A stretch of DNA of 64,000 bases from an uncultured virus (IMG/VR IMGVR_UViG_3300009152_000002) (taxonomy: Duplodnaviria > Heunggongvirae > Uroviricota > Caudoviricetes). The notes below the pieces were generated by a model. It did not search any database. It was given only the letters and a program-made list of their open reading frames with translations, and was not told where the DNA came from. Every line of letters starts with the position of its first letter. Position 1 is the first letter of the stretch. A program made the position numbers and the translations under genes. Shown here in pieces: positions 27,841 through 35,896 of the stretch. The stretch lies in the IMG/VR virus record IMGVR_UViG_3300009152_000002; one strand, written 5' to 3'.

Positions 27841-27908
27841 CCTTGGGTCGGCACCAGTAGAAGGCGTGCCTGTCTGCTGTTCGGGTTCAACTCCTGTTCC
27901 GAGGACCA
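27841..27908 (+). ncRNA. tRNA-like element lacking an anticodon arm
   Basis: CCTTGGG/TCCGAGG acceptor plus ACCA; GGCAC/GTGCC D arm; CGGG-TTCAACT-CCTG T arm. Confidence 0.6.
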
Positions 27909-27928
27909 ACCACATCAACTCGACTGTA

Positions 27929-28846
27929 ATGTCCATTCTTGACCGTTACCTGAATACTGAAAAGTATCAAGGAATTATGCGTGACTTCTGTAACGCACAA
28001 ATCCTGAACGATAAAACAAAGTGCGGACTCTTTCTTAAAGAGAACGTACTGTCCCGCATTGGCTGGAATGCAGAGGTTTCTGCTTTCCCCGACGCTGAAG
28101 AGTACGAGCACACCTACAACAACGGTGACTCCAACAAAGGCCTGTTCTTTAAGACACCTCGCATGGTGATCCTTCACTGTGGCTTCCGTAAAGACACCAC
28201 CTTTATTGAGAACTCTGACAAGGCTGGCATCGAAGGGATCTATCCCCGCGACTCATTTCTTTATGACGATTGGGAAGAAAAAAATCCCGGAAAGCCAAGC
28301 CCCTACAAGCGTCGTCGCCTCATCCTCATGTTCCTTGTGAACAAGGATGGCACTGCGGTTCACAAGAAGCCGCTGATCCTCTCCCTCCACGGGGGTGCTT
28401 CTAACATGTTCTGCGATGCTTACGGCACGTTCATCGAACAGTTGGAGTCGGCCTTTGCTGAAGCTACCGGCCAAAAAGGTAGCGTCGGCTTTGACCCCAA
28501 GCAATCAGCAGCTGCCATTTTTACCCCAACATTTGGCGCTGAACTTTATGGCACTTCGGCTAAGAGCTGGATTTCCTATCCCAAGCAGTGGGTTGTTCCT
28601 ACAGCTAAAACCATCGAAAGTTTCTTCCCTAAAGATAACGAGGATATCGACTTCGTTGAAGACGTGTGGGAGACCTGTCCTCCGACGGTCTATGCTAAGC
28701 CGTTCTTCGAACAATGCGAGAAAGAAATTGGAATCAATGCTATCCGACCGGGCGTGGATTTCACACTCCCGCCGATCAATGGCGGTGAGGGAACTCGCTC
28801 GCTGTTAGGCGCCAGGGATGCAGATACAGGAGAAATCACTTTGTGA
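27929..28846 (+). CDS. Conserved cyanobacterial/phage protein (DUF5895-like)
   Basis: PRMVIL...YKRRRLILMFLV...HKKPLILSLHG; family recalled, not verified. Confidence 0.5.
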   Translation: MSILDRYLNTEKYQGIMRDFCNAQILNDKTKCGLFLKENVLSRIGWNAEVSAFPDAEEYEHTYNNGDSNKGLFFKTPRMVILHCGFRKDTTFIENSDKAGIEGIYPRDSFLYDDWEEKNPGKPSPYKRRRLILMFLVNKDGTAVHKKPLILSLHGGASNMFCDAYGTFIEQLESAFAEATGQKGSVGFDPKQSAAAIFTPTFGAELYGTSAKSWISYPKQWVVPTAKTIESFFPKDNEDIDFVEDVWETCPPTVYAKPFFEQCEKEIGINAIRPGVDFTLPPINGGEGTRSLLGARDADTGEITL

Positions 28847-28872
28847 TCTGCTAGCCTGCTAACGGAATGTTG

Positions 28873-28899
28873 AGCCGGGCCTTCGGGTCCGGCTTTTTT
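28873..28899 (+). terminator. Intrinsic terminator
   Basis: AGCCGGGCC-TTCG-GGTCCGGCT followed by a T run. Confidence 0.8.
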
Positions 28900-29140
28900 A
28901 TTCTTCGTATCGGGTCCTGATCGTCCCGCACTCCAGGTTGGCCAGTCGCTTGACAAGACCACGGATGAACGTTTGGCGCATCACAGCCAGCTCTAGCAAC
29001 TTGATCGCACCTTCCTTCATCACCTCAAGACTTGTAACGTTTTCTAATTCTTGCTTGATCTTTGCTAACAAAAACTTATCTTCCAGTGTCTGTTCAAATT
29101 CTGCGCCTTCAAACGGAATCTCAACAAGATCAAATGCCAT
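28898..29140 (-). CDS. NblA-like protein (divergent)
   Basis: TLEDKFLLAKIKQELENVTSLEVMKEGAIKLLELAVMRQTFIRGLVK resembles the NblA two-helix pattern. Confidence 0.45.
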   Translation of the reverse strand: MAFDLVEIPFEGAEFEQTLEDKFLLAKIKQELENVTSLEVMKEGAIKLLELAVMRQTFIRGLVKRLANLECGTIRTRYEE

Positions 29141-29283
29141 TGATCCCAAACGTAGTCACAATAGTCTAAGCCGATACAAACCTTAATCAAGTATCAACGG
29201 TTACAGGGCGTAGCAATCTGCTACAAGCTTGACACCTGACCTAAAGAAGCTAGACTGTCACTGGTTTTTCACCGCACACAACC

Positions 29284-29421
29284 ATGGCCCAAAAATCATC
29301 CAGCGGCATCCAGCACAAAGAGGGCGTACCCAAGCGAACCTCCATTGGTCAAGGCCGTCGCAAGCGTGGCTCCTGGAAGGTGCAACGCAAAAAACCAATG
29401 CGCGGACAAGGTAAAGGTTAA
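29284..29421 (+). CDS. Small basic protein (45 aa)
   Basis: MAQKSSSGIQHKEGVPKRTSIGQGRRKRGSWKVQRKKPMRGQGKG. Confidence 0.6.
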   Translation: MAQKSSSGIQHKEGVPKRTSIGQGRRKRGSWKVQRKKPMRGQGKG

Positions 29422-29516
29422 TCAAAGAGGGTGCAGGTAGGCAGGCTGCATTAAACGTGAAGTCCCCAGGCTCTGTCCAAACTTCCGCCCTACATCAATC
29501 ACGCACGCACATCACC

Positions 29517-30116
29517 ATGGCTGACAAACTTTCATACGTTCAAATTGCTGAGCAGATCCAACACATCGGCTTCCTCAGTGACATGCCGGAGCTGGACGAC
29601 GATGATCGCTCCAGGATGCAGAAACACTTACAGGACCTGGCTTCCCGTCAGGAGAGTAAGTTTGATGGCATCATCGGCATGATCAAGAAGTGTGATGCCT
29701 ACATCGCCGCTCTTGAGAATGAGATGGCCGAAATCAAGCAGAACCTAGATGCTTGGAAGAAGAACAAAGAGATGATGACCAACATCATCAAATTTGCTTA
29801 CCAAAAGGAACTTATTAGTAACAAGCCAACTGGGCTCAAGTACCAGGGGGTGTTCAGGAAGGTCAAGCCTCGCCTGGTGGATAATTTTTCCTGCTGGGAG
29901 GAAGAGGAGATTGCAGAGTTTGGGTTGCGTAAGACCACCACGATCACACGCATCAAAGACGATGCCATAGTGGAGGTCAAGCAGGAGGACCTACCGGACA
30001 AAGATCGGGTACGTGAAGAGCTTGCTGCCGACACCGGTAAGGCACCGACAGCATCTCAACTTATTCCTGGTTACAGTTTCACCTACGAAAGGAGGAAACG
30101 CTTAGCCGGTGACTGA
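29517..30116 (+). CDS. Gp157-like coiled-coil protein
   Basis: ESKFDGIIGMIKKCDAYIAALENEMAEI pattern. Confidence 0.55.
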   Translation: MADKLSYVQIAEQIQHIGFLSDMPELDDDDRSRMQKHLQDLASRQESKFDGIIGMIKKCDAYIAALENEMAEIKQNLDAWKKNKEMMTNIIKFAYQKELISNKPTGLKYQGVFRKVKPRLVDNFSCWEEEEIAEFGLRKTTTITRIKDDAIVEVKQEDLPDKDRVREELAADTGKAPTASQLIPGYSFTYERRKRLAGD

Positions 30117-30119
30117 TTT

Positions 30120-30257
30120 CTACTTCTTAGGGAAGAGAGTCTTCAATGCAGTCAGAATCAGCTGAACCCAGCTATTTGATTTGATTGGCAACATGCCGAT
30201 GATTTCAGAGCCAGCGGCAACAACAGCTGCAATGATGGCGATAGTGGAGGGATCCAT
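30120..30257 (-). CDS. Small membrane protein, holin-like
   Basis: MDPSTIAIIAAVVAAGSEIIGMLPIKSNSWVQLILTALKTLFPKK. Confidence 0.6.
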   Translation of the reverse strand: MDPSTIAIIAAVVAAGSEIIGMLPIKSNSWVQLILTALKTLFPKK

Positions 30258-30352
30258 GGATCTCTTGCGATTTACTTTTATTTTATCATCAGCCTTCATG
30301 TGTAAAAATGTATCAACGCTTGCTCGACACCCGCACCTAAAGAGGCTATCCT

Positions 30353-30709
30353 GTGTTTGACTCCATTTCTCTGGACATGTCCAAGTACTACCAACAAGAT
30401 TTTGAGGGTTTTCTCGAATCCTTCAAGGAAGAGGTCGATGCCCAGTTGGCGATGATGAAGATCCTTGATGAGCAGATCATCTATAAGGATCTTCCTCCAG
30501 TTGGCAGGACCAGGGATCTGTTCCGTATGATCGATACCATCGGTTACGCAGCAGACCATCGTTACAAGAAAAAAAATAACATTGTCGAGAACGATTTCGA
30601 CTATGTTACTTACTTCAAAAAAGAAGACATGTTAACTGAAATGCGCAACATCTTAAGGGAAGAAGTTACTAATTATTTCAGTCACGTCGCTGCTACAGCA
30701 AATGACTGA
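30353..30709 (+). CDS. Hypothetical protein
   Basis: 118-aa ORF. Confidence 0.6.
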   Translation: MFDSISLDMSKYYQQDFEGFLESFKEEVDAQLAMMKILDEQIIYKDLPPVGRTRDLFRMIDTIGYAADHRYKKKNNIVENDFDYVTYFKKEDMLTEMRNILREEVTNYFSHVAATAND

Positions 30710-30908
30710 ACGTAGAACTTGGATTTGTGATGTTGATGACGACGGCGTTCTTACCTTTCCTGATGAACTCGTAGAGCTTCAAAATTGGAAAGAAGGAGAC
30801 GAAATCAACTTTGACATTCTTCCGGACGGCACACTTATTCTTACCAAAGTAGAACCCAATGAATCTGAAAACGATCAAGGAGAACCTAGTACGGAGGCTG
30901 GCGACTAA
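30702..30908 (+). CDS. AbrB/MazE-like DNA-binding protein
   Basis: DVDDDGVLTFPDELVELQNWKEGDEINF...LILTK. Confidence 0.7.
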   Translation: MTERRTWICDVDDDGVLTFPDELVELQNWKEGDEINFDILPDGTLILTKVEPNESENDQGEPSTEAGD

Positions 30909-31041
30909 CTACGTCGCCTACATGGGGCAGAAAGACATCGATCCTGAGTGGCTGGAGGGTTACTTCCAGGCTAAGAAGGATGCAGATGCTTTTCTTTCCC
31001 AACTGCAAATTTACGAACCTTACAACGATGAAACCTCCTAA
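30859..31041 (+). CDS. Hypothetical protein
   Basis: 60-aa ORF in the operon. Confidence 0.5.
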   Translation: MNLKTIKENLVRRLATNYVAYMGQKDIDPEWLEGYFQAKKDADAFLSQLQIYEPYNDETS

Positions 31042-31288
31042 AGCACCCACGCCTCTTCAAATTTTTAAACAATGGAAAAAGTATGAACTTGCATCAGATA
31101 AAGCAAGAGTTGAAAAAAATTTGTTAGATAATATGGTTTGTGAATCTGTAAATGTTGATCACACTCGTATTACAGTGGATGGTTTTATTTACGAATTGAA
31201 TGTTAGAAGAGGTAGCTATAGTTGGAACTCAAGTCTTGACATAAAAAGACTTGGTTCTGTAGAGGAATTTGCAAATTTAATCAAATGA
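30980..31288 (+). CDS. Hypothetical protein
   Basis: Probable start at MKPPK. Confidence 0.5.
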   Translation: MQMLFFPNCKFTNLTTMKPPKAPTPLQIFKQWKKYELASDKARVEKNLLDNMVCESVNVDHTRITVDGFIYELNVRRGSYSWNSSLDIKRLGSVEEFANLIK

Positions 31289-31518
31289 AAACTAAAACCA
31301 AAAAACAAAGCCAACCAGATGTTGTCTGCATCAGCTGCGGGCGCCTCTACGGAAAGTGGTGGCAGAACGATGAGTACTCAGGCCCAGAACACCATGTAGC
31401 AACTTTCTACCCTGAAGATTGTGACGTGTGCGGTGCAACTGCCAACTGTACTGAGGCCAGGGATTTTGGATATTTGATCCCGGCTTGGACCGAGCATGCC
31501 GCCCTGACACTGAAATAA
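31285..31518 (+). CDS. Small zinc-finger protein
   Basis: CISCG...CDVCG...TEARDFG. Confidence 0.65.
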   Translation: MKTKTKKQSQPDVVCISCGRLYGKWWQNDEYSGPEHHVATFYPEDCDVCGATANCTEARDFGYLIPAWTEHAALTLK

Positions 31519-31583
31519 CCGTTATTTACAAATAGCGAACGGATCCGCCCCTACTACAATAGAAGTAAGGGTGGATTTTTAGT

Positions 31584-32150
31584 ATGAAGTTAAGTGAAAA
31601 ATTATCTGATATTGTTTCTAATCAAATCGGCACGTGGCGCTTTGTTGGTATACTGACAACAGTGTCGGCTTTCTGGATTCTTTGGAATGTTAACGCGCCT
31701 CGGTCCAAAAAGTTTGATCCTTATCCATTTGTTGCTCTCAACCTCTGTTATAGTTTTTTGGCTGGCTATACTGGCCCGATTCTTTTAATGTCGGCCAGCA
31801 GGGCAGCGGAAGCGGATCGTAAAAGATCAATTGAAAATTTAAATATTGATCGTGCGGATCACAAACGTATTGACTCCATGTTGGATAAGATTCGAGCAAT
31901 GGAAGAGTCATTATTTGAAGCTGTGCTCCACAAAGAAGATGCTAGTGGGCGCCAACCTTGTTCTGTTTGTTCGGATTGCGGTACCAAGTTTGGTCTTTGG
32001 TACGACTCTACTGGCGAATACATTGGTCCACAAACCCATTTCTCGACATATAAGACGACAACGTGCGAGGTGTGCGGCAAGGTAAAACCCTGCACCGAGG
32101 CACAGGATTACGGCAACTTACGGTTGGGTTGGAAGAGGGAAGTTAATTAA
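31584..32150 (+). CDS. DUF1003 membrane protein fused to a zinc finger
   Basis: IGTWRF...FDPYPFVALNL...PILLMS. Confidence 0.75.
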   Translation: MKLSEKLSDIVSNQIGTWRFVGILTTVSAFWILWNVNAPRSKKFDPYPFVALNLCYSFLAGYTGPILLMSASRAAEADRKRSIENLNIDRADHKRIDSMLDKIRAMEESLFEAVLHKEDASGRQPCSVCSDCGTKFGLWYDSTGEYIGPQTHFSTYKTTTCEVCGKVKPCTEAQDYGNLRLGWKREVN

Positions 32151-33445
32151 ATCGTTTCATACCAGCTGAAGTCGGCAAGTACGTTACAAGTGCTTGTTAC
32201 TGGGGTTATCATCAAAGTCAGTACATCGGAAACACCAGCAATAGTTCTCCCAAGTTGGAAATTGAAATTGTTAAGCCCGCTAAGGGACAAAGTTTGAGAA
32301 CTTTGGATATATCCTGCTGAAACAATGTTGCCCCCAGTTACGGCAGTAGCTGTGATGTTGTAATCAACATTACCGTTGTAATGCGTAGCCCAGGTTCCGC
32401 CATTTAGTGTCGGATTTAAAAGCAACTGATAACGGCAAATATCACTAGAAGATGCAAGTAAGATGTTGACATCAGTAGGTAAAACTACAGAATCTAAACG
32501 ATTTGAATTTAAACGGATAGAAGTAATTGGATAATTTGTACCTACAACTGGGCAAGAAATTGAGGCATAACCCGTGTCAACATTGTATCTACGGCTATAA
32601 CCTTCATACCCTCCTTCTGAAATAACAGTACTACAGATTTGTTTTAATGTAGATGACGAGGCAACGGTCCCGGTGTTAAAGATTTCGTAGCGAAGCGGAA
32701 GAACTGCTGTTGTCATATAAGGTCTTGTTTCAATGTTATCGTGATCGAAACGATGTGCCATAACAAACGTTCCGTCAACAACAAAGCCGCAGCGAACACT
32801 GCCAACTCCCAACCACTCAATGTCCATCCATAGGATTTGAGTTTTGGTTACATCTATGGTTCCGCCAATTCCAGTACCGTCAAACTTGTCTGTATTCCAC
32901 TGGGATTGCGGAATCCGTGTCTCTACCAGAGATCCGGAGGAATAGCTACGTTGAACAAAATAAAGTGTTGTTCCTTGCTGTTCTAAATAAATTCCATTCT
33001 GTGCTCCGTAATAACCGACACGTTGCGTTTGGTTTGTTTTGCCGGGAGCCATGGCAAATGTGCTCATAATGAGCAACGACTTGCCAGGTTGGTACGGGAA
33101 TACACGTTTCGTTTCTCGTAGAACTGCATCGGTTGAACCCGTAGTGCAATTCAAATTGATCGTACTTTCATTGACAGCGTATGTTTTAGTTGCACTTCCT
33201 GTCAGTTGTGTATCCCATTTATCGTTTTCTTGGTAGCGATGTTGGCTGTCAAACAGGGTAAAAGGATTACTTACACGCAGTCGCCCAAACGCATCAACGG
33301 CAGGTGTTTTTGTGGAAGGTGAAGAACTTGTCGTTACCGTAATGGGCTGACCGGTGATGGCAACATTCGTCGGCGCATCGTTGTACGGCGACATTTTGAT
33401 GACTTCATAACGGTTTAAATCCTGCGAATCAATAATGGTTGCCAC
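32147..33445 (-). CDS. Putative virion structural protein
   Basis: DAFGRLRVSNPFTLFDS, YQPGKS, EWLGVGSVRCGF; beta-rich. Confidence 0.65.
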   Translation of the reverse strand: MATIIDSQDLNRYEVIKMSPYNDAPTNVAITGQPITVTTSSSPSTKTPAVDAFGRLRVSNPFTLFDSQHRYQENDKWDTQLTGSATKTYAVNESTINLNCTTGSTDAVLRETKRVFPYQPGKSLLIMSTFAMAPGKTNQTQRVGYYGAQNGIYLEQQGTTLYFVQRSYSSGSLVETRIPQSQWNTDKFDGTGIGGTIDVTKTQILWMDIEWLGVGSVRCGFVVDGTFVMAHRFDHDNIETRPYMTTAVLPLRYEIFNTGTVASSSTLKQICSTVISEGGYEGYSRRYNVDTGYASISCPVVGTNYPITSIRLNSNRLDSVVLPTDVNILLASSSDICRYQLLLNPTLNGGTWATHYNGNVDYNITATAVTGGNIVSAGYIQSSQTLSLSGLNNFNFQLGRTIAGVSDVLTLMITPVTSTCNVLADFSWYETI

Positions 33446-33534
33446 GGTTCTACTGCTTACGTTTGCTCAGTTTAACTCTGTTTCGCTCCAGGTGAACGGC
33501 CTTAAACTAAATCCGTTGTCATTCTCCTCTCGCC

Positions 33535-33792
33535 ATGAAAGTCCGCGCAAAGTACAAGGGCGGTCCTTCTGAAATCCTAGAGTCCATCTTGTTCGAGGGC
33601 TACGAAATCAAGTCTCTGCGTCACGGGAACACCAACCACGTCCTGTATCGTGCGCCGCGAAATGAGGACTTTGAGCCGTGCTGGACCATGGACTTGGAAA
33701 CAGCCAAGAAGGGTGTCCTGAAGTGGAAAGAAGCCGGTTGTCCCGACCCCACAGCAGCAGGGTTGCAGGCCGTAGAATCAGTTGCAGTCTAA
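33535..33792 (+). CDS. Hypothetical protein
   Basis: 85-aa ORF. Confidence 0.55.
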   Translation: MKVRAKYKGGPSEILESILFEGYEIKSLRHGNTNHVLYRAPRNEDFEPCWTMDLETAKKGVLKWKEAGCPDPTAAGLQAVESVAV

Positions 33793-33827
33793 GTAAAGGA
33801 AATAGGGCCAGGGTGGTAAGACCGGTA

Positions 33828-34079
33828 ATGACAGACCTCATGGACGATCTGGCCTACCAGATCCATGAGTACCTTTTGGAGGAGGCAACACCCTTCAAGG
33901 GCGGCTACCTGGTCCTTATTCCGATCACGGACATTGTTAAGAAATTCCAAAAAAATCACCGGACCATCAACCGTCGCATCTCTGCTCTCAAGGATGAGGG
34001 GTTACTAGAACCGCTGATTAAAAAGACCTATAGCACGCTGTACTGGGTCAAAGATCCTGACGAGGAGGAGAATGGCTGA
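33828..34079 (+). CDS. Winged HTH protein
   Basis: ITDIVKKFQKNHRTINRRISALKDEGLL. Confidence 0.6.
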   Translation: MTDLMDDLAYQIHEYLLEEATPFKGGYLVLIPITDIVKKFQKNHRTINRRISALKDEGLLEPLIKKTYSTLYWVKDPDEEENG

Positions 34080-34404
34080 ACAGCATAATCCCGCTATTGA
34101 CCTAGTAGATCTGCTCGGTTCCTTCACAGATAACGGCAGGTCACTGCGTTCATTCATCAACCACCCCCAGGAGTTGGCTATCTGTGTGCTGACTGCTGGG
34201 TTGATGGCGAATGGAAAGTTGATGATGCAGCCTGAAGATGCCATTAAGGCTAGCTTTGACATCTACTCCAGGATTCAGCGGCACGTTGCCAACTACCAGA
34301 ACATGGCTTTTGCTGCCACGGTAGACGATGCGTTTCGTCCTGAACCGGGTTCGGGGAAGCCTCCCAATTACAACGAACGGCCTCCGGAAACGGATCAAGA
34401 TTAA
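34072..34404 (+). CDS. Hypothetical protein
   Basis: 110-aa ORF. Confidence 0.6.
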   Translation: MAEQHNPAIDLVDLLGSFTDNGRSLRSFINHPQELAICVLTAGLMANGKLMMQPEDAIKASFDIYSRIQRHVANYQNMAFAATVDDAFRPEPGSGKPPNYNERPPETDQD

Positions 34405-34781
34405 GCGACAGCCGTACCCCGTTCCAAAACTTTCACCGATTCACCAGTACATTCCAAGGACTTCTTCAGGAAATCGCACGCCAGTTGAGGGTTGGTGTGG
34501 CTGCCGCAGGTAAAAACGTCCACTGCGGAGTAACCATGTTCGGGCCAGGTATGGATCGAGATGTGAGATTCTGACAAGAGGGCCAGTGCAGTCACCCCTT
34601 GAGGTGTGAACTTATGGGAGGTTACATCAAGAACCGTGCCGCCTGCACGTTCAGCAGCTTCTTTCAATGCTGCTCTGAGATACCTTTCATCATTGAGGAG
34701 ATACGGATTTCCGCCCAACAACTCAGCAATAACGTGGCGCCCGACAACCTCTGACAACGACCCACACAAATAGTTTTTCAT
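34401..34781 (-). CDS. speD: S-adenosylmethionine decarboxylase proenzyme family
   Basis: HKFTPQGVT...LSESHISIHTWPE...DVFTCG (E/S self-cleavage site). Confidence 0.92.
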   Translation of the reverse strand: MKNYLCGSLSEVVGRHVIAELLGGNPYLLNDERYLRAALKEAAERAGGTVLDVTSHKFTPQGVTALALLSESHISIHTWPEHGYSAVDVFTCGSHTNPQLACDFLKKSLECTGESVKVLERGTAVA

Positions 34782-34861
34782 TAGTTTAGTCCCAGTGAAT
34801 CGTTCAGATTCCTTGTTGTGTCAAGGAAATCTGCTATGTTCTAAGGAACCGAGTTACCCCT

Positions 34862-35776
34862 ATGTCCCCTGCAGTGCATGAAATTCCTGCAGTAGTTCTG
34901 ACGAGAGAGGAACTGGAGCGCAAAATTTATACACCTTATTCTCGGACTGCATCGTATGAGCAGTTCTTGGATTATCGATCTGACGGCGATACCCGATTAA
35001 CGATTAACGGGAACCGTCATTACAAGACTCCCTACGGTGCACTCCCTTCAGTCACGACAATCCTGTCAGCCACTGGAGGAAACAAGGCTGCATTAGAACG
35101 TTGGGCTGCAAAAAATCCTGGTGGGCGTGAAGCTGCTGCCGCTAGAGGTACCAAGGTCCACAGCCTGATGGAGGAGTACCTCCTTGGAATTAACAAGGAT
35201 CCCGTCATTGATGACGAAGAGATTGCCCAGTTTTGGGACGGCCTTCCGCAAAACTTGGACAAGCTTGAGCGTGTTGTTTGGTCGGAAAACCCAGCTAACC
35301 CTGACGACTTTGCTTGGACCATGGGTGGTGACGGAATCAGCCGCGTTTGGCACCCAGGGGTACATGAAACTGAAACCTGGGGTTGGGCTGGAGCGCCTGA
35401 CATTGTGGCTGAGTACAAGGGAAAGGTTGTTCTTGGTGACCTTAAAACCAGCAACGGTCCCTATTACGCCAAGTGGCCCGGTCCCGATACTTTGAAATCG
35501 GAGTACGGGATGAAGCGTGCTGGCTTCATGAAGTATCAGAAGTGCCAGATGCAGATGGGTGCCTACGCGCTAGCGCTGGAGCACACGGTCAACATTGTTC
35601 CTGAGATCATCATGACCTTCGTTGCTACCAAGGATCGGTCCCAGGTTTTTGCTATTCAGGGATCAACCATCGAGAAGTACAAGCAGAAATGGTTAGATGC
35701 TGTAGCCAAGTATTACTCTGAGATTCTTCCGGCTCAAAATAAGATTGACCTCGAATTGATCGACGGCGACGCCTGA
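34862..35776 (+). CDS. PD-(D/E)XK exonuclease
   Basis: PSVTTIL, RGTKVH, AGAPD, DLKTS, QMGAY. Confidence 0.85.
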   Translation: MSPAVHEIPAVVLTREELERKIYTPYSRTASYEQFLDYRSDGDTRLTINGNRHYKTPYGALPSVTTILSATGGNKAALERWAAKNPGGREAAAARGTKVHSLMEEYLLGINKDPVIDDEEIAQFWDGLPQNLDKLERVVWSENPANPDDFAWTMGGDGISRVWHPGVHETETWGWAGAPDIVAEYKGKVVLGDLKTSNGPYYAKWPGPDTLKSEYGMKRAGFMKYQKCQMQMGAYALALEHTVNIVPEIIMTFVATKDRSQVFAIQGSTIEKYKQKWLDAVAKYYSEILPAQNKIDLELIDGDA

Positions 35777-35896
35777 TACAAGATTGTGCACCGTAAGGTG
35801 AAGGAACGCAACAACGGGCCGCCACCCTTTCCAGATCCAACGATCTGAGCTATGGTGATCCTGGTGTTTTCTACCTAACGAGCGACGTAAAGAAAC

